A stretch of DNA of 31,848 nt from Anaerohalosphaeraceae bacterium (GTDB lineage: Bacteria; Planctomycetota; Phycisphaerae; Sedimentisphaerales; Anaerohalosphaeraceae), in the NCBI GenBank assembly GCA_050309605.1, contig JBNRMN010000074.1, positions 1 through 31,848 on the forward strand. The letters run 5' to 3'. Positions within the stretch are counted from its first letter, which is position 1, and each line of letters opens with the position of its first letter. Positions 29,470 through 31,848 of this stretch are shown one piece after another. The translations under genes were made by a program, and so were the position numbers. The notes beneath the pieces are model-generated. The model saw only the letters and a list, made by a program, of their open reading frames with translations, searched no databases and was not told where the DNA came from.

Positions 29470-29664
29470 ATGCCCGAATCTTCTAACCAGCAGGATTTAC
29501 AAGGGCTTACAGATTCCGCATCGACCCACTATGTCAAACACTTAGCCATCTGCCTGCAAAAATACCCCGAATTGGCCGCCCTGATTGAGCGGTGGGAATC
29601 ACTGCCGGAGAGCGACCGCACACAGATCATCGAACTGGCCGGAGCGTCCGGCTGGAACCCATAA
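29470..29664 (+). CDS. Small helical protein or domain (PELAALIERWESLPESDRTQIIEL), in-frame with the att core
   Basis: ATG 2 nt from the att core with no SD. The frame is open from 29134 through the att site. Confidence 0.6.
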   Translation: MPESSNQQDLQGLTDSASTHYVKHLAICLQKYPELAALIERWESLPESDRTQIIELAGASGWNP

Positions 29665-29689
29665 TGTTTTTTCAAAAAGGATGAGAACA

Positions 29690-29839
29690 ATGAACCAGGA
29701 ACTACAAAAACAGATCGAGGAACTGAACGACCGGCAACAGGTATTGTTTCTGCGGCTATTGACGGCAGCAACCGAAACCCGTGAAGGCCGGAAACATCAC
29801 ACGGTCAATTTAGCTACTCGGCTCGCACAGGCAGTATAA
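29690..29839 (+). CDS. 49-aa hypothetical protein
   Basis: AAAGGA SD; MNQELQKQIEELNDRQQVLFLRLL amphipathic helix. Confidence 0.55.
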   Translation: MNQELQKQIEELNDRQQVLFLRLLTAATETREGRKHHTVNLATRLAQAV

Positions 29840-29906
29840 ACCAACGGGGCGGCAAGAACGGGTGTATCTTGCCGCCCGCCACCCTTAAAAAGACATGAGG
29901 TGTCCA

Positions 29907-30176
29907 ATGAGAAAGAGGCAAAAAGCCGCATCGGAACCCGCTCTTTATACCAAAGACAACAGGTTGACCGCAAAACAAGTATCCGCCGAATACGGTATCT
30001 GTATCTCGACGCTGGCCAACTGGAGGCAGAATCGATTGACCGATCCGCGGTATCCGCGATACCACAAGCTGTTTACCGGGCGGGTGTATTATATTCGTGC
30101 CGAATTTGAGGAAGACTTTGCCGCCATGCACATCGAGACCGAACTAAAAATGCCGAAGGGTAGACGAAGACAATGA
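29907..30176 (+). CDS. Excisionase/AlpA-like winged-HTH protein
   Basis: LTAKQVSAEYGICISTLANWRQ...PRYHKL..GRVYY and a GAGGTG SD. Confidence 0.8.
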   Translation: MRKRQKAASEPALYTKDNRLTAKQVSAEYGICISTLANWRQNRLTDPRYPRYHKLFTGRVYYIRAEFEEDFAAMHIETELKMPKGRRRQ

Positions 30177-30194
30177 TTTTGCCTCAAAAAAAGG

Positions 30195-30225
30195 TTTGCG
30201 ACGGATCGCAAATTCAGGCTAAAAT
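30195..30225 (+). promoter_or_regulatory. Promoter (TTGCGA-N18-TAAAAT) overlapped by the palindrome TTTGCGA-CGGA-TCGCAAA
   Basis: Perfect 7-4-7 inverted repeat at 30195-30212 covering the -35 box. Confidence 0.6.
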
Positions 30226-30257
30226 AACCAACGGGTATTTTTCAAGGAGATATAAAC

Positions 30258-31073
30258 ATGGGAAGCGGCGGAAGTCAAAGCAGTAGCTCATCACAGCAAA
30301 GCTATACACCGGAACAGAAAAAGTGGCTGGGCAAGACGCTGGGGGTCTATGGGCCGGAACTGGGGCAAAACAACAACGTCTGGCAAGGCGACCGATTGGC
30401 CGGATTTGGCGACCTGCAATCAGATGCGTTGAACAGGTCCAGCGGACTTCTTGATGTTTTTAGTAGCGGGTTTCAGGACTTGCCGTTGTTTAACCAGACG
30501 GGAACGACGCTGGACGACCTCTTGAAAGGCACGGCGGGCGCTGGTAAACTCACGCAGGCCGACACGGACGCTTTCTTTCAAGGGTCGATCTACGATCCGA
30601 CCATGAAGTCGCTTAAGCAGGACATGTTGCCCAGTGTAGACGAGTCGTTTGCCGGTACAAACTTCTTCGGCTCCGGCCGTGCCCAGACGCGGAACAAGAT
30701 GATTTCGGATACATCCGATGCCATGGCCAAGGCGAGGGCGGACTTGAATTGGAATGTTCTGGGGCAGAATCAGGCACTGGACGAGGCGTCGGCTAACCGG
30801 ATGCTGACGGCTGTGCCGCAAGCGATGCAGTACGGAATGATGCCGACGCAGGCCGGGCTGGCGCAGTTGCAGGGGCTGGGCGGCCTGTTTGATATGGGCA
30901 GTGCCGAGCAGACGCAGCGGCAGGCCGAGATCAATACTGCCATCCAGAAGTTTGCCGAGGAAAATCAGATCACCGACCCGGACAATCTGGCGATACTGAT
31001 GAGTCTGTTGAATATGAATTACAGCAGTAGGACAGAAAACGCAAGTCAATGGGACGCGAAGGTATTCTTTTGA
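30258..31073 (+). CDS. Phage-like protein, resembling internal virion/DNA-ejection (pilot) proteins
   Basis: AAGGAG SD. MGSGGSQSSSSSQQSYTPEQ N-terminus, 'WQGDRLAGF' and 'FFGSGR' segments, and a Q/A/G/N-rich helical composition. The family call is pattern recognition only. Confidence 0.6.
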   Translation: MGSGGSQSSSSSQQSYTPEQKKWLGKTLGVYGPELGQNNNVWQGDRLAGFGDLQSDALNRSSGLLDVFSSGFQDLPLFNQTGTTLDDLLKGTAGAGKLTQADTDAFFQGSIYDPTMKSLKQDMLPSVDESFAGTNFFGSGRAQTRNKMISDTSDAMAKARADLNWNVLGQNQALDEASANRMLTAVPQAMQYGMMPTQAGLAQLQGLGGLFDMGSAEQTQRQAEINTAIQKFAEENQITDPDNLAILMSLLNMNYSSRTENASQWDAKVFF

Positions 31074-31354
31074 TGCGAGAAGCCGGACAAGCAACAGCAG
31101 GACGGATTATATCCCCTTGCCGCTATCGACCCCCTGACGGCCTGCCGGTGGCGGATTTGGCCGAAATAGACCGACCGCTTGACACGGAAGCCAGTCCCGT
31201 CCGGCTTCGCGTCGGGCGGCTTGTCGTTCTGGATTGTGGCGGTGGATGGCTGAAGGTCGATATCTTGTGTCCAGAGCGAGACAGGGAATCAGAGTTATTG
31301 CCGCCTCAGCGGGCGGCAGAATTGATTCAATGGCTCAAAAGCCAAGTCAAATAA
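31073..31354 (+). CDS. Hypothetical protein (93 aa)
   Basis: The ATG overlaps the upstream TGA (TGATG) and the stop overlaps the next ATG (TAATG). Confidence 0.55.
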   Translation: MREAGQATAGRIISPCRYRPPDGLPVADLAEIDRPLDTEASPVRLRVGRLVVLDCGGGWLKVDILCPERDRESELLPPQRAAELIQWLKSQVK

Positions 31355-31728
31355 TGGACAAAAAAGCCCTACAAGCCGAACTGGAGCAGTACGTCAAGCC
31401 GGAGTACCGGGCGTTCCTGCTGGACCAGATACCGACGGGGGAGGGCTTGTTGAAGCAGATCACACCGCAAAATCCACACTGGGGCGACGTGATACGGCCA
31501 CTGACAAAGATGTACGCCGAGATGAACCGGCAACTGGGGATCGTGTGCCGACATCTGAAGTATCCGCTCCACCAGTGGGAGTGGAACGAGAGCAAGCCGC
31601 TCAACGTCCTGGCCGAGACGTTCAAGGGGATCGAGGCCACGCAGTGGTTCCAGCGGCATCTGTCGATGATGCTGATGGCGCCAAGCGAGGAACATCCCTG
31701 GACAAAAATTATCGACTGGCCGAGGTAG
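31354..31728 (+). CDS. Hypothetical protein (124 aa)
   Basis: TAATG coupling and strongly GC3-biased codons; starts MDKKALQAELEQYVKPEY. Confidence 0.7.
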   Translation: MDKKALQAELEQYVKPEYRAFLLDQIPTGEGLLKQITPQNPHWGDVIRPLTKMYAEMNRQLGIVCRHLKYPLHQWEWNESKPLNVLAETFKGIEATQWFQRHLSMMLMAPSEEHPWTKIIDWPR

Positions 31729-31848
31729 TGTCAAAAATTTTATGAAAGAATGAAAAATCGTATCGTCTTAAATTTTGTGTGTGAATATGAATAACGGATA
31801 TTCTTTTATCGCAAAGATTATCCTTATCTCACCGCCGCAGAATTTAAC

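Larger units (their letters stand above)
29423..31848. mobile_element. Left end of a tRNA-His-integrated element (prophage, satellite or IME), running off the window
   Basis: att fragment, Xis/AlpA-like HTH gene, phage-like genes and short translationally coupled ORFs. Confidence 0.75.

Noticed and set aside
29423..29500. Complete tRNA-His gene
   Set aside because: Only the 3' half is present. The upstream GCTGGTTAGA looks D-loop-like but is mis-spaced, and no 5' acceptor strand exists.
29134..29664. 176-aa ORF as a single real gene
   Set aside because: Its 5' part is a mosaic of an antisense gene tail and an out-of-frame integrase scrap. Only the att-spanning 3' part is considered meaningful.
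31729..31848. AT-rich terminal stretch or new ORF start
   Set aside because: Truncated by the window edge and cannot be assigned.

Overview
GC-rich bacterial chromosome segment, most likely from Planctomycetota (Phycisphaerae-like); this is inferred from the PEP-CTERM protein, the REP-type palindromes and the protein styles. About 1-26.9 kb is mostly core genome: a REP-like repeat cluster; a minus-strand run of a cation:proton antiporter-PTS EIIA fusion, shikimate kinase, a Ddl-like ATP-grasp ligase, a GNAT, ychF and miaA; a PEP-CTERM protein; a GT4 glycosyltransferase; an NSS transporter with an unannotated 43-aa small subunit; an amidohydrolase; DUF4416; the nusA-infB-rbfA-hyp-hisG-yebC operon, with a long leader and terminator; an SGNH protein; a pseudopilin; rpsO-pnp; a cold-shock protein; and a sigma54 activator. 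From 26887 the window is accessory. A decayed island (ISKra4 remnant, gene fragments, umuDC, integrase scrap) is followed by the 3' half of a tRNA-His (att site, 29423-29468) and the left end of a second integrative element. That element encodes a small helical 'WxxLP' protein read in-frame across the att site, an Xis/AlpA-like HTH protein, and a separately promoted gene resembling a phage DNA-ejection/pilot protein followed by two translationally coupled unknown ORFs. The best novelty candidates are the att-spanning reading frame (a possible integration-split gene), the stand-alone ejection-like protein operon, and the ATP-grasp/GNAT/antiporter cluster.
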